DNA of 26,201 nucleotides. Origin: a virus (lineage: Duplodnaviria; Caudoviricetes). How positions within the stretch are numbered: position 1 is the stretch's first letter; every line of letters starts with the position of its first letter. The notes under the pieces were generated by a model. That model ran no database searches. It was not told the origin of the DNA and worked only from the letters and a program-made list of their open reading frames with translations. The stretch is from IMG/VR virus record IMGVR_UViG_3300020403_002640, positions 1 to 26,201 of that record. One strand, given 5' to 3'. The position numbers and the translations under genes are program-made. Below, in pieces: positions 1 through 9,531 of this stretch.

Positions 1-1158
1 AAAACTTGGAGAGAAATAGGAAAACCTAAATGGGGTGATTGGAACAAAGATAAAGAAGTTGAAATAATAAAACCAATACCTAGCAAAGAATGTATTCATG
101 ATGACTATACTCCTTTACAAATTGAAAGCAGTAATGAATTAGTAACTATAAAAAATCAAGAACACGGTTGGAACTTTATAAATGAAAGTTTAAAAAATAA
201 TTTAGTAATAAAGAATATACCAGTAAAATTAAGAAAAGGACTATTACATACCTATCCTGAAAATTATCCTGAAGGATGGAACAATATTATGGAAAAATTT
301 ATGAATGTTCCTATGATAGATAATTGGGATGAGATAGATGATTTCAAAAATAATTTAAAAAATAATTTTAATATACATGATGATAAAATAACACAACTTT
401 TAACACACCTAAGTGACGTAAAATCTATTACACATGGAAACCGTTTTGGTAAAGGTATATTCTTTATATATAATACAGAAGAAATTATACCTTCACAAGA
501 AGTTTATAATGAGTGTTGGCCAAATATAGATACAATAATAGGACCTTGTAGCATGTTTAAAGCATTTATACTAGGATCTTATAAATCTGGATATATAAAA
601 AATTACATTCATTATGATATCTATCAAAGAAATGTAGATTATAAAAAATTTATTACAGAAAATTGGAACGGAACTTATAATAATTTACATGACGTATTAA
701 AAAAGTTAGATGTTGATAGTTATCATTATTGGACAACTGAAAAAAATATTTTAGATAAAGTTTGGACATTGTTAGAAAAGTATTTAGGACAAGAAAAAAT
801 TACGCAAAGTTGGATAGAATATAAAAATGCTTCGACTCATAGTTACATATTATCCAATGCACTTCATGACGATAAAAAAATAATACAACAACTTCAAAAA
901 ATATCTCCTAAAGGCATATACACAGGATTAGGAGATATACCAGGATTTAAACAAAATATTTTAACATATGGAATAGATAACATTAACAAATTAGTTATAC
1001 AACATATTGAAAATTTAGAAAGTTTATGTGATAATGTTTTTGTTGATATCAAATTGCCAAAAAATGATGAACAACATTTACTAGATTCAAAACAAATAAA
1101 AAATATGTTAACAATGACAGAAGATAATTATTTTGAATATAAACAATATTCGTCATAA
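1..1158 (+). CDS. Hypothetical protein, 5'-truncated by the window; possibly an enzyme of the modification cluster
   Basis: Frame +1 is stop-free from base 1 (KTWREIGKPKWGDW...IHDDYTPLQI...GWNFINESL) into the tracked ORF at 289, so the ATG at 289 is probably internal. Ends TAA at 1158. The C-terminal part has a weak Rossmann-like pattern (IIGPCSMFK...YIHYDI); function not assigned. Confidence 0.75.
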   Translation, partial: KTWREIGKPKWGDWNKDKEVEIIKPIPSKECIHDDYTPLQIESSNELVTIKNQEHGWNFINESLKNNLVIKNIPVKLRKGLLHTYPENYPEGWNNIMEKFMNVPMIDNWDEIDDFKNNLKNNFNIHDDKITQLLTHLSDVKSITHGNRFGKGIFFIYNTEEIIPSQEVYNECWPNIDTIIGPCSMFKAFILGSYKSGYIKNYIHYDIYQRNVDYKKFITENWNGTYNNLHDVLKKLDVDSYHYWTTEKNILDKVWTLLEKYLGQEKITQSWIEYKNASTHSYILSNALHDDKKIIQQLQKISPKGIYTGLGDIPGFKQNILTYGIDNINKLVIQHIENLESLCDNVFVDIKLPKNDEQHLLDSKQIKNMLTMTEDNYFEYKQYSS

Positions 1159-2366
1159 ACATTTAAATAATTTGTTTTGTAAAATTTGTCTAATGCATCA
1201 GTATAATCTAAAAATAATTTCCATTCATTGTGTAAATCTTCGCTGTTCATATAATTTAAAACATTTTGTGTAAACTTTGTGATGCGTTGTAATTGCTTTT
1301 GCGGATTTACTTTTGTTGACCTCATTTCAACTTTATCTCTTGCATCAATAAACCAGTTATTTACATCTCTTGTGACTTCATCCTTAAGATTTTTTGGTAA
1401 TAATTTTATATTGAGTGCTTTAGGATATTGTACTAAACTTGTATGAAAATAAACATCTAAATTTGTGTAATATTCAATCACATCAACTAATCTAGTAATG
1501 TTATATAAGTTTACTGTACAAGTTGCACTTATATCAGCATTTGGTAATGATGCATTTAGTATTTTAATATTTTCTTCAACCTTTTTTAAATTTCCAGCCG
1601 CCCTAACATATTCATATGTGTTAGGTTCTCCATCAATACTTATTCTTATCCACAATTTTTTAAAATTTTTCCACAAATCTAAAATACTTTTACCTTTATA
1701 TTCTAAGGTGTTTAAATTTGTGTTATAACTTAATCTAATATTTTTTGCATGGGGTTGTAAATTTTCTAAAAATTGATAATGTTTGTCGTGATATAAAGGC
1801 TCTCCGCCTGCTATCATAATCTCTTTCAAATGAGGTGCTAACTTTACACTAATCTCATCAATCATATCAGCATTTAGTTTTACATGTTTTGCATCTTTTC
1901 TATAAGTTCCGTACTCAACCATCTTATCCATTAATGCTTGATCTTTTTTTACAGCAACTTCCCATTTACTACTATAATCTGGACTACAATGCCTACACAT
2001 TAAATTACAAATATTATCAAATCTTATTTCAACACTTCTTAATTGTTGTAACGGATAACTATAATCAGGCTGAATATGTTTACGCACATGTTCTTCTGTT
2101 ACCCAATCCCAAGTTTGTTGACATTGTTGTCTAGTACTTGTACTACCACTGGCTTCTAAGTCCCAACAACTTCTACACCCTGTAGGTTGTTTATCATTTA
2201 GTAAGTCTTCTCTAAGTTTTTTAATAGGAGTATCATTCCAAATTTGTTCTAATGTACTTTCTCTATAATCTCCTATTCTATCAGGGTATCTCCAACAAGC
2301 ACTTACTTTTCCTTCTTGTTTAATATTCTCATGAGTGAACGGCATAGGACAAAAAGTTTTACTCAT
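1128..2366 (-). CDS. Radical SAM protein with N-terminal twitch-type Fe-S domain
   Basis: CNLMCRHC (CxxxCxxC), AGGEP, YNTN and ISIDG; N-terminal FCPMPF...GKVSACW...CRSC. ATGA overlap with the upstream stop at 2363-2366. Confidence 0.93.
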   Translation of the reverse strand: MSKTFCPMPFTHENIKQEGKVSACWRYPDRIGDYRESTLEQIWNDTPIKKLREDLLNDKQPTGCRSCWDLEASGSTSTRQQCQQTWDWVTEEHVRKHIQPDYSYPLQQLRSVEIRFDNICNLMCRHCSPDYSSKWEVAVKKDQALMDKMVEYGTYRKDAKHVKLNADMIDEISVKLAPHLKEIMIAGGEPLYHDKHYQFLENLQPHAKNIRLSYNTNLNTLEYKGKSILDLWKNFKKLWIRISIDGEPNTYEYVRAAGNLKKVEENIKILNASLPNADISATCTVNLYNITRLVDVIEYYTNLDVYFHTSLVQYPKALNIKLLPKNLKDEVTRDVNNWFIDARDKVEMRSTKVNPQKQLQRITKFTQNVLNYMNSEDLHNEWKLFLDYTDALDKFYKTNYLNVYDEYCLYSK

Positions 2367-3718
2367 ACTCTACCCCTATATTCAACTTGGTCTTTTATTT
2401 GTGTCCATAGGTCTGGCAAACTAATATTTAATTTTTGCTCTCTCAATTTATCTAAATCAGCACTATATTCAACAAATTCTTGTAACATCACAGGACAACT
2501 ATTTTCTAAACTTTTTATGACATGCTCAATAATTGTTACAAATCTTCTAAATATGTGCATTTCTTTTTTTGTTTTTATATTTTTATTTTCTTTTTTTATA
2601 ATATTACGTAATTTTGCTACAGTATTCTCTTTGTTAGGTAACATACTAGGATTTAAATATACAGGTGTTTGTAACATAGTTGGACTAAACCGTGCAACTT
2701 GATATATAAAACTAGTTCCTCCATTTTCTTTTTGTTTGTCTACATACTTTTTATATAAAGATAAATCAAAAATAAAATTCTCGCCAAAATATTTTCTTTG
2801 AAGTTTTGCCCACCATTCCCATATGTCCGGTGTTTGTAAAATATTATATAAACTAATCGTAGGTGATAAAATAATATCAAAATTTTTGTGTATTGAACTA
2901 AATTCTACCCATTTTTCGGCACTTGCTTCGACTATATTCCATTTACTAGGATACCTTACATAATCATTAACTTCATTTAAACCGTCAATACTTATATTAA
3001 TTTGCACTAAACCAAATTGTTTTAATTTGTTTATAATCTTTTCTTTTGGTATCCAACTACAATTTGTATAGATCTGTAATAAAATATTATTTGCATAACC
3101 ACTGTTTAGTACAGTATCTAAAAAAGGCTCAAAGGTAGGAGATAACATAGGTTCTCCACCTGTCATTTTAATAAATGTTACTTCTTCAAAATCTTTTTCT
3201 TCAAATTTTAATTGTAAAGTTTGCGGACGATTACTATAATCTTCTCTATCACTATATAGTCCTGCTAAAATTTTATCATCTTTATCCCATGTAGTGCTTA
3301 AATCACTACTGCACATTCTACATGCTAAATTGCAAAATCTACCTGTAGTCAATTCTAAATATTTAAATTTTTTGTCTTGGTTAATTTTTTCTGGTCTAAA
3401 TTGATTGTTATAATTCCAAGCGATATTAGCATTGTATCTCATACTAAATCCGCCAACATCATCTTCTTTTTTACACTTATGACATCCAGATATAATTTTA
3501 TTATTCAACATATCTTTGCGTAGTTTTTGCCAAAAAGGACTATTACTAATTTCGTCTAAAGTTAAATTTTTTACATTATACTGACTCATTGTTGGACGAC
3601 CTTCATCATCTCTATAATCATTATGCATATGATCAAATCTACAACAAGGCTTTGCTTGTCCATTAGGTTTAAGTTGAATATGCATCCAAGGATATATGCA
3701 AAAACTATTTTTAGACAT
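2363..3718 (-). CDS. Radical SAM protein with N-terminal twitch-type Fe-S domain
   Basis: CNLACRMC, TGGEP, YTN and ISIDG; N-terminal FCIYPW...KPCC...CHKC. Confidence 0.93.
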   Translation of the reverse strand: MSKNSFCIYPWMHIQLKPNGQAKPCCRFDHMHNDYRDDEGRPTMSQYNVKNLTLDEISNSPFWQKLRKDMLNNKIISGCHKCKKEDDVGGFSMRYNANIAWNYNNQFRPEKINQDKKFKYLELTTGRFCNLACRMCSSDLSTTWDKDDKILAGLYSDREDYSNRPQTLQLKFEEKDFEEVTFIKMTGGEPMLSPTFEPFLDTVLNSGYANNILLQIYTNCSWIPKEKIINKLKQFGLVQINISIDGLNEVNDYVRYPSKWNIVEASAEKWVEFSSIHKNFDIILSPTISLYNILQTPDIWEWWAKLQRKYFGENFIFDLSLYKKYVDKQKENGGTSFIYQVARFSPTMLQTPVYLNPSMLPNKENTVAKLRNIIKKENKNIKTKKEMHIFRRFVTIIEHVIKSLENSCPVMLQEFVEYSADLDKLREQKLNISLPDLWTQIKDQVEYRGRV

Positions 3719-4736
3719 ATTCAGTCTTATTCCTCATATTTTTACCACAAGTTCTAGCACAAGTAATTAATTTTCCTTCAGCAATACTTTTTAATTTAAA
3801 ACTTTTTTCTATATCTAACATTGCATCTAAGGCTTCTTTTACAGATACTTTATGTAAATCTACTTTATCTAAATTAAATAGATCTTTAAATTGTGTTGGT
3901 CCAACACTATCGTGATGTGTAGTTCCTAAAAAACAACAAGGTAATAAATGTCCAGTATGACATAAAAAAACTTCTTTCTTTTCTTTTGCACTACATAAAA
4001 TTTCGTTGTTATCTAAATCTGGCCATTCTTTTTTATATTTGTATTGAAAAAAACTTCCTACAGGAAAATGTTTTTTATCCCCTACATTGGAATGTCTATA
4101 TTCTTTTATATCAGGAGGTAATAAATCATATAATTTTTTTCCATCTTCCATCACTGACCAATTTTTCAATCCTCTAAATTTTTGCGTGACTTTTAACCTA
4201 AAGTCCATACCAAGTTCTTTAGCCATTTGCCTTGCTTCATCTACTTGATGTTCGTTATGTTTAAAAACAATAAATGTCCAAGCACCATTGCCTCCTGCTT
4301 CTTGGAAAGCCTTAACATTAGTTATGACTTTTTTCCAAAGCACATTTCTCCTATATAGATGATTTGTATCTTCTAAACCGTCTATAGCAAAATGTACTCT
4401 TGTACGCATTTCTCCTAATTTAGCCCACCATCTTGCATTTCTATAACCTGCATTTGTATCAATTGCAACATCTACTTTATGTTTTTGAAACCAAGATACA
4501 TATTCAGGCAAAGATTTATTCATACAAGGATCTCCATATACTCCGCTAAAGTATACATGATTTAAATTATTGCAAAATTTTTCTGTAAATAATTTGTAAA
4601 ATATTTCGTTTTCTAAATCAAATTCATCTAAGTCAGGTTGTACAAATCCCGTAGCAGTATGCCTACTACACATAGGACATCTGCTATTGCATCTGCCACT
4701 ACCTTCAATGTGTACTTGCTTGATGTCATAGATCAT
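3711..4736 (-). CDS. Radical SAM protein with C-terminal twitch/SPASM-type domain
   Basis: N-terminal CNSRCPMC, SGVYGDP, DTNAG, FAIDGL and HNEHQV; C-terminal C...GHLLPCC...CARTC. Confidence 0.92.
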   Translation of the reverse strand: MIYDIKQVHIEGSGRCNSRCPMCSRHTATGFVQPDLDEFDLENEIFYKLFTEKFCNNLNHVYFSGVYGDPCMNKSLPEYVSWFQKHKVDVAIDTNAGYRNARWWAKLGEMRTRVHFAIDGLEDTNHLYRRNVLWKKVITNVKAFQEAGGNGAWTFIVFKHNEHQVDEARQMAKELGMDFRLKVTQKFRGLKNWSVMEDGKKLYDLLPPDIKEYRHSNVGDKKHFPVGSFFQYKYKKEWPDLDNNEILCSAKEKKEVFLCHTGHLLPCCFLGTTHHDSVGPTQFKDLFNLDKVDLHKVSVKEALDAMLDIEKSFKLKSIAEGKLITCARTCGKNMRNKTEYV

Positions 4737-4742
4737 TACAAC

Positions 4743-5579
4743 TCATAACTTCCTAGTGGTCATTAAACTTAATCCTGCCTTCATTGTAACATCATATTTA
4801 GGAAAGTCCATTCCACTATGTGCTTGACATCTATCAAAAGCAATTATACTACCTCTATCCCAATTATACATGTTTTCAAATTCAAATCCGTCTAACCAAC
4901 GTGCAGGATAGTGTCGTAAATATTTGTCTCGTAAATCTTCGTCAAACTTTTTATTCCAATCAACGTCCCATATACTACCATCTTGATGATAGCATGTCAA
5001 ATTATCATAATTTCTAACTGTGTAAAATACATCAGTATCATACTTATTATCACTTTTTGCAAAATTAGTTCCATATTTTATAAATCTATTTTTAAAAATT
5101 ACTGTACCAGCAGGAGGAGTTTTATCAGTACCTTTAAATTCTTTGTTTATATGACCTACCCATAAAGGAATAATAATTTGTCTACCAGGAACTAAACCTC
5201 TATCAATTAAATATTCAGGTCTTCCTGTATCTATATGTAAATTGTAAGGACTTGCGGTCATTACAAAATTGCCTTCCCATATTCCTGTTTTTTCTAATTC
5301 TGGAATTACAGTTTTCCATTTATCAAAAAATTTGTCTTCAATGGCCGCATTATCACTAAAAAAATGTAAAGTACCACTTTCTTTTACACGCATTCTATTA
5401 TAACGTTTTAACATATGTTCCTTTAACCATTCAAGTTCATCTTCATCCATAAAATTTTGGATTTGAAAACTATCTGCCCAACTTGCTTTCCAGGCGTCAT
5501 GCAATTCTGGATCAACTTCAAAATCTATTTTTTCATCAGGATCTGTATCTAATTTTCTAATCTGTTCTTGATTTGCCAT
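4743..5579 (-). CDS. Putative 2OG-Fe(II) oxygenase superfamily protein
   Basis: HxD motif (NLHIDTG), distal His in GSIIAFDRCQAH and a terminal KAGLSL strand. I moved the start from 5627 to the ATG at 5579 (MANQ), which follows a GGAGAG SD and sits next to the upstream stop. Confidence 0.72.
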   Translation of the reverse strand: MANQEQIRKLDTDPDEKIDFEVDPELHDAWKASWADSFQIQNFMDEDELEWLKEHMLKRYNRMRVKESGTLHFFSDNAAIEDKFFDKWKTVIPELEKTGIWEGNFVMTASPYNLHIDTGRPEYLIDRGLVPGRQIIIPLWVGHINKEFKGTDKTPPAGTVIFKNRFIKYGTNFAKSDNKYDTDVFYTVRNYDNLTCYHQDGSIWDVDWNKKFDEDLRDKYLRHYPARWLDGFEFENMYNWDRGSIIAFDRCQAHSGMDFPKYDVTMKAGLSLMTTRKL

Positions 5580-5580
5580 T

Positions 5581-6135
5581 TTATTCTCTCCAATATTTGT
5601 TTTGCATAGGATCAATACTAATTTCATTTATGCAAATTTCTTTAGGTTGTTCAACTATCCATTGTATATATTCTGCGGCTTTGTCCAGATCCATACATTG
5701 TCTTCCAGGATGTTTTTCTTGATTATTACTTAAAGTACCAAAACTAATATAACATACTTTAGGCCCAGAATCCCAAACACCAGTAATACCAATACTATTA
5801 CTATAATCACGCAATGCTTTTTTTTCTGCATTATATAACCAGGAACCACCTTTCTTTACCCTATCAGTTGTGCTTCCGATATTAATTATAAAAGGTGATG
5901 CTTTATGTTCTTGGCAATAACTATATACAATACTAAGCAAGTTTGTTTGGTTAAATTTAAATAATGCAGAACAATTAATAAAAACATCATGTTCTATTAC
6001 TTTTTCTGCTAGTCTTTCTTGATGGTCTTTTTTTGCTAGATCAAATCCTGTGCTTCTACTTACATATTCTGCATAAGGATAAATTTTAGATAAAGCATTT
6101 GCTAAACCAAATTTTTTGTTTCCTGTGATAATCAT
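5581..6135 (-). CDS. Short-chain dehydrogenase/reductase (minimal SDR)
   Basis: IITGNKKFGLA nucleotide-binding loop, DVFINCSA, IINIGS (catalytic Ser) and YNAEK (YxxxK). Confidence 0.88.
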   Translation of the reverse strand: MIITGNKKFGLANALSKIYPYAEYVSRSTGFDLAKKDHQERLAEKVIEHDVFINCSALFKFNQTNLLSIVYSYCQEHKASPFIINIGSTTDRVKKGGSWLYNAEKKALRDYSNSIGITGVWDSGPKVCYISFGTLSNNQEKHPGRQCMDLDKAAEYIQWIVEQPKEICINEISIDPMQNKYWRE

Positions 6136-7442
6136 ACATACTCCTGAAAGACTGGTTCTACATCTAATAAATTTTCATTTCTAATTTTATCAAGTTTCTT
6201 TGTATAATCTAAAAATTCGTCCCAATACTCATTATAATAACTATCACTCATCATATACTTCATAGTGCTTTTTGTAATTTCCATTGCTTTTTTAAAAGTG
6301 TTATCAGGTATTTCTTCCTCAATACACCAAAAATGGAATTCTTCAAATCTAGAAGCAATTTTGGATTTCATTTCATCTGGCAAAACTCTAATGTTTAAGT
6401 GTTTTGGATGATGTGCTACATGATGTGTAATTATAGGACGTCTTTTTGTACTATTAATTTTTTTGAAACCGCTATCTTTTAATTTCCATTTCATAAAATC
6501 TACCATATGATTTACATTATATGCTGTTACTGTAAATGCTAACCATGCCATAATATTGCCTGGCATGTTATCTAATGTTTTTAAATTTTTTAAAATTTTA
6601 TTCCATTTGGCAGGATGTCTTTGATACTCTAATACTTCGTTCATACCGTCTACACTAGCACCTACTCTTACTTGTTTAAAGCCTTCCCATAATTTTAAAA
6701 CTCTAGGAGGCAGAGTACTCATATTTGTGTTATATTCTACTATGATATTTTTTGCACTACCATTTTTAATACATCTTTCTAAAAAATCATAATGCCTTTC
6801 TATTAACATAGGCTCTCCGCCTGCAAAGTAAACATGTTGAATGTGCTGAGAATTTGATTCTAAGTGTTCCCAGAACGGTTCATGATTTACCCAATCATAA
6901 TCATCACAAACTAATTTGTTACCTTTTTGATATATTTTTACTTCACCGCTAGTTTCTTTGAAAGTATCTTTTCCAGTTATTTTTATCCAATCGCTATACC
7001 AACTATCACTATCTGTAGGTCCACACATTCTACATTTTAAATTACAAAAATTTCCAAATCTTAAATCGAAGTATTTTAATGGAGTTTCATCTACTTCTAT
7101 ACTACCATCCAAATCAGTTTCTTCCATTGCTTGATCTATAGTGTAATTCCAATTCAATTGTTCATACTGTCTTCTACTATTCAACCCTGCTTCTTCTTCT
7201 TGTTTACATCTACCACATTCCTCATTCCATTCACCTAATAGCATTTGGCTACGCATAGTTTTCATAAGTTCTGCATTTCGTGCTTCTTGTAAATCATCTT
7301 TGCCGGCATTGTACGCAGTTCCATCATGTTTCCTTAAAACGCCTCTGTTTGGTGTCACATTAGCCTGACAACAAACTCTTACATCACCATTTGCTCTAGC
7401 GGCTTGAAAAATCCAAGGAATAGGACAAAAAGTATCAGACAT
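6132..7442 (-). CDS. Radical SAM protein with N-terminal twitch-type Fe-S domain
   Basis: CNLKCRMC, FAGGEP, YNTN and ASVDG; N-terminal FCPIPW...RVCC...CGRC. The ATG at 7442 (MSDTFC) is preferred over the TTG at 7448. Confidence 0.93.
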   Translation of the reverse strand: MSDTFCPIPWIFQAARANGDVRVCCQANVTPNRGVLRKHDGTAYNAGKDDLQEARNAELMKTMRSQMLLGEWNEECGRCKQEEEAGLNSRRQYEQLNWNYTIDQAMEETDLDGSIEVDETPLKYFDLRFGNFCNLKCRMCGPTDSDSWYSDWIKITGKDTFKETSGEVKIYQKGNKLVCDDYDWVNHEPFWEHLESNSQHIQHVYFAGGEPMLIERHYDFLERCIKNGSAKNIIVEYNTNMSTLPPRVLKLWEGFKQVRVGASVDGMNEVLEYQRHPAKWNKILKNLKTLDNMPGNIMAWLAFTVTAYNVNHMVDFMKWKLKDSGFKKINSTKRRPIITHHVAHHPKHLNIRVLPDEMKSKIASRFEEFHFWCIEEEIPDNTFKKAMEITKSTMKYMMSDSYYNEYWDEFLDYTKKLDKIRNENLLDVEPVFQEYV

Positions 7443-8832
7443 TATCAAATATACCTTTCATTTCAGGAAATGTTTCTTCAAATGTAATACCACGTTGTTT
7501 ATCACATAAATCCAAAAATTCTTTCATTTCAGGAAGTCTTCTGCTCCAATCCTCAGAGTCCATAAAATCTAACATTCCTTGTAAACGTTTTATACCATAT
7601 CCTGCACTACGCCATTTTTCATAATCAACTTTGCCTTTATGCCAAACAGGAACTCCTAATTCCCAGTTTTCTTCCCACCAAGGATAAAACTCTTCATATT
7701 TTTTTCTACATTGTATTTTAAACCATTCAGGTAATATTTTTACATTTAAATGTGGTGGATGATAAACAAAGTGATAATTCACTCCTCCTGCACCAAACGG
7801 CCACATATTAATTTTATTAAATTTTTTATTTAACTTCCATTTTATAAAATCAGGCAAATAGTAAATATTAAGTGCCTGTACTGCACATGCTACTGTAACT
7901 TCTACATTGTTACTTGTTTGTGTATCTAATATATGAAATACTTCTTCTGTACGTGTCCATTCACTTGGATATCGAATATAACTATTCATTTCAAGTATAC
8001 TATCTACTGAATAGTGAAAACGTACAAGTTTAAATTCTTTCCATAAGTCAAATAAATCTTCTCTCCATTCAACTCCGTTTGAGTTATAACGTAATTCTAA
8101 ATCTTTAGCAATTCCTTGTCTAATTGCTTCTTCAAGTATTTCATAATGTTCTTCAATAATAAGACTTTCGCCGCCAGCAAAATATATCTGTTTCATATAA
8201 GGCATCTGTTCATAAAACTGCTTCCAAAATACTGGATTTTGTTTGTGCCAGTTATAACTACTTCCGTTGTAACTTCCTTTATTTTCCCATTGCATAGTTT
8301 CTTTTAAACTTGCATTTTGCACAGCAGGAAAAATTTTCTTATAATCTTTTATCCATCCTGAACTATCATGTGGTGAACACATTACACATGCAAGTTGACA
8401 TTTTGTTCCAAAACGCAAATCAATATAAGCAAGTTGTGGCGGCACACTACCATCATCACCTGTGTTATCTATTAATTCTTTTAGATTAACTCTTTGCATC
8501 CAGTATGCAGTTTCCCACATGCGTTTACTATTATGTCCTGCTTCTTCTTCCTTATAACACTTTAAGCAACTAGGTGGTTTCTCACCTGCCAGCATTTGCA
8601 AACGAACATTTTTCATATAGGTGCTATTCCAAGCACTTTGAAAATCGGTCACATTAAGATTATTAGGCTTTCCATCCTCAGTTTTTAATATACCAACTTG
8701 ACCTCCATGTACTTTATCATTTGTTGGACCTACACTACTAGCATTGGCAGTACAACACACACGCATACTTCCATCTGGCCTTGTACTTAAATGAGTCCAG
8801 GGCAAAATACAAAATGTATCTGAAACCTTCAT
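7435..8832 (-). CDS. Radical SAM protein with N-terminal twitch-type Fe-S domain
   Basis: CQLACVMC, FAGGES and YNSNG; N-terminal FCILPW...RVCC...CLKC. Closest paralog of 6132-7442 (shared RVCCxAN, DLRFG and HPxHLN). Confidence 0.93.
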   Translation of the reverse strand: MKVSDTFCILPWTHLSTRPDGSMRVCCTANASSVGPTNDKVHGGQVGILKTEDGKPNNLNVTDFQSAWNSTYMKNVRLQMLAGEKPPSCLKCYKEEEAGHNSKRMWETAYWMQRVNLKELIDNTGDDGSVPPQLAYIDLRFGTKCQLACVMCSPHDSSGWIKDYKKIFPAVQNASLKETMQWENKGSYNGSSYNWHKQNPVFWKQFYEQMPYMKQIYFAGGESLIIEEHYEILEEAIRQGIAKDLELRYNSNGVEWREDLFDLWKEFKLVRFHYSVDSILEMNSYIRYPSEWTRTEEVFHILDTQTSNNVEVTVACAVQALNIYYLPDFIKWKLNKKFNKINMWPFGAGGVNYHFVYHPPHLNVKILPEWFKIQCRKKYEEFYPWWEENWELGVPVWHKGKVDYEKWRSAGYGIKRLQGMLDFMDSEDWSRRLPEMKEFLDLCDKQRGITFEETFPEMKGIFDNV

Positions 8833-8836
8833 ACTG

Positions 8837-8842
8837 TACTTA
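8837..8842 (-). promoter_or_regulatory. Possible phage late-promoter-like motif TAAGTA
   Basis: Minus strand reads ggTAAGTAcagtATG in a 42-bp intergenic gap. It resembles the T4 late TATAAATA core and recurs at 24197-24202, but it is short and could occur by chance. Confidence 0.3.
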
Positions 8843-8874
8843 CCTATATTTTAAATGTAGGGTTTTTACTCTGA

Positions 8875-9531
8875 TTATAAACAACCAAATCCCCATTTAC
8901 GTTCTTGACAAAACCAACACACTCCGCAATGATTTGTAAAATTTGTAGTATGTTGTTCACAACTTCTTGTTTCAAAAAACAACCAATCTAAATTATATTT
9001 TTTATAAAATCTTGCTACTCCTTTTTTATCAGTATTAATTAAAGGAACCCAACTATTTAAAGATTTTCTAACATAAGTTTTTTCTGTAGTACGGTTATCA
9101 ATAGGCCCATCTACTCCAAATTTTTCATGTACTTCCAAAGGAGGATTTTGAGTTATTCCACTAATAGTGCTATCTATAACACCAGCCTCTTTTAAAGAAT
9201 TAACAAATTTAGTTTGATCATTTGCATAAGTTTCGACTGGCAAAGAATCATCTGTTCTTGCTGTACCAATATAATGTTTTGCAAACTTTATGCCAGTGTT
9301 TTCTTCTATTACTTTTACAATTTTTGTAGCAAAAATTGATTGATAAGGTTTGGTAGAAGCATTACATGAAATAGGGTGTATAACTAAATCTGGTCTTTCT
9401 TTTTTAACTATTTCAGTAAGCATAAATGCAACTAAAGCACTATCTGCTCCGCCACTTAACTTTATACCTATTTTTTTATAATTTTCAGGAATTGAAAAAT
9501 TTATAATATCTTTTCCGTTATCAAATTTCAT
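8875..9531 (-). CDS. QueC-like PP-loop ATPase (7-cyano-7-deazaguanine synthase family)
   Basis: PP-loop IKLSGGADS and a C-terminal Zn motif TRSC-x10-CGVCWFC followed by ER. Orthology to true QueC is not established. Confidence 0.82.
   Translation of the reverse strand: MKFDNGKDIINFSIPENYKKIGIKLSGGADSALVAFMLTEIVKKERPDLVIHPISCNASTKPYQSIFATKIVKVIEENTGIKFAKHYIGTARTDDSLPVETYANDQTKFVNSLKEAGVIDSTISGITQNPPLEVHEKFGVDGPIDNRTTEKTYVRKSLNSWVPLINTDKKGVARFYKKYNLDWLFFETRSCEQHTTNFTNHCGVCWFCQERKWGFGCL

Noticed and set aside
3711-4736. MoaA, PqqE or anaerobic sulfatase maturase assignments for the rSAM genes
   Set aside because: There is no C-terminal GG of MoaA, no moaC, pqq or sulfatase neighbours, and the GGEP region is altered. 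Only superfamily-level calls are supportable.
5580-5627. Tracked N-terminal extension of the 2OG oxygenase (start 5627)
   Set aside because: It overlaps the SDR gene by 47 bp, whereas the ATG at 5579 has an SD and sits right after the SDR stop.
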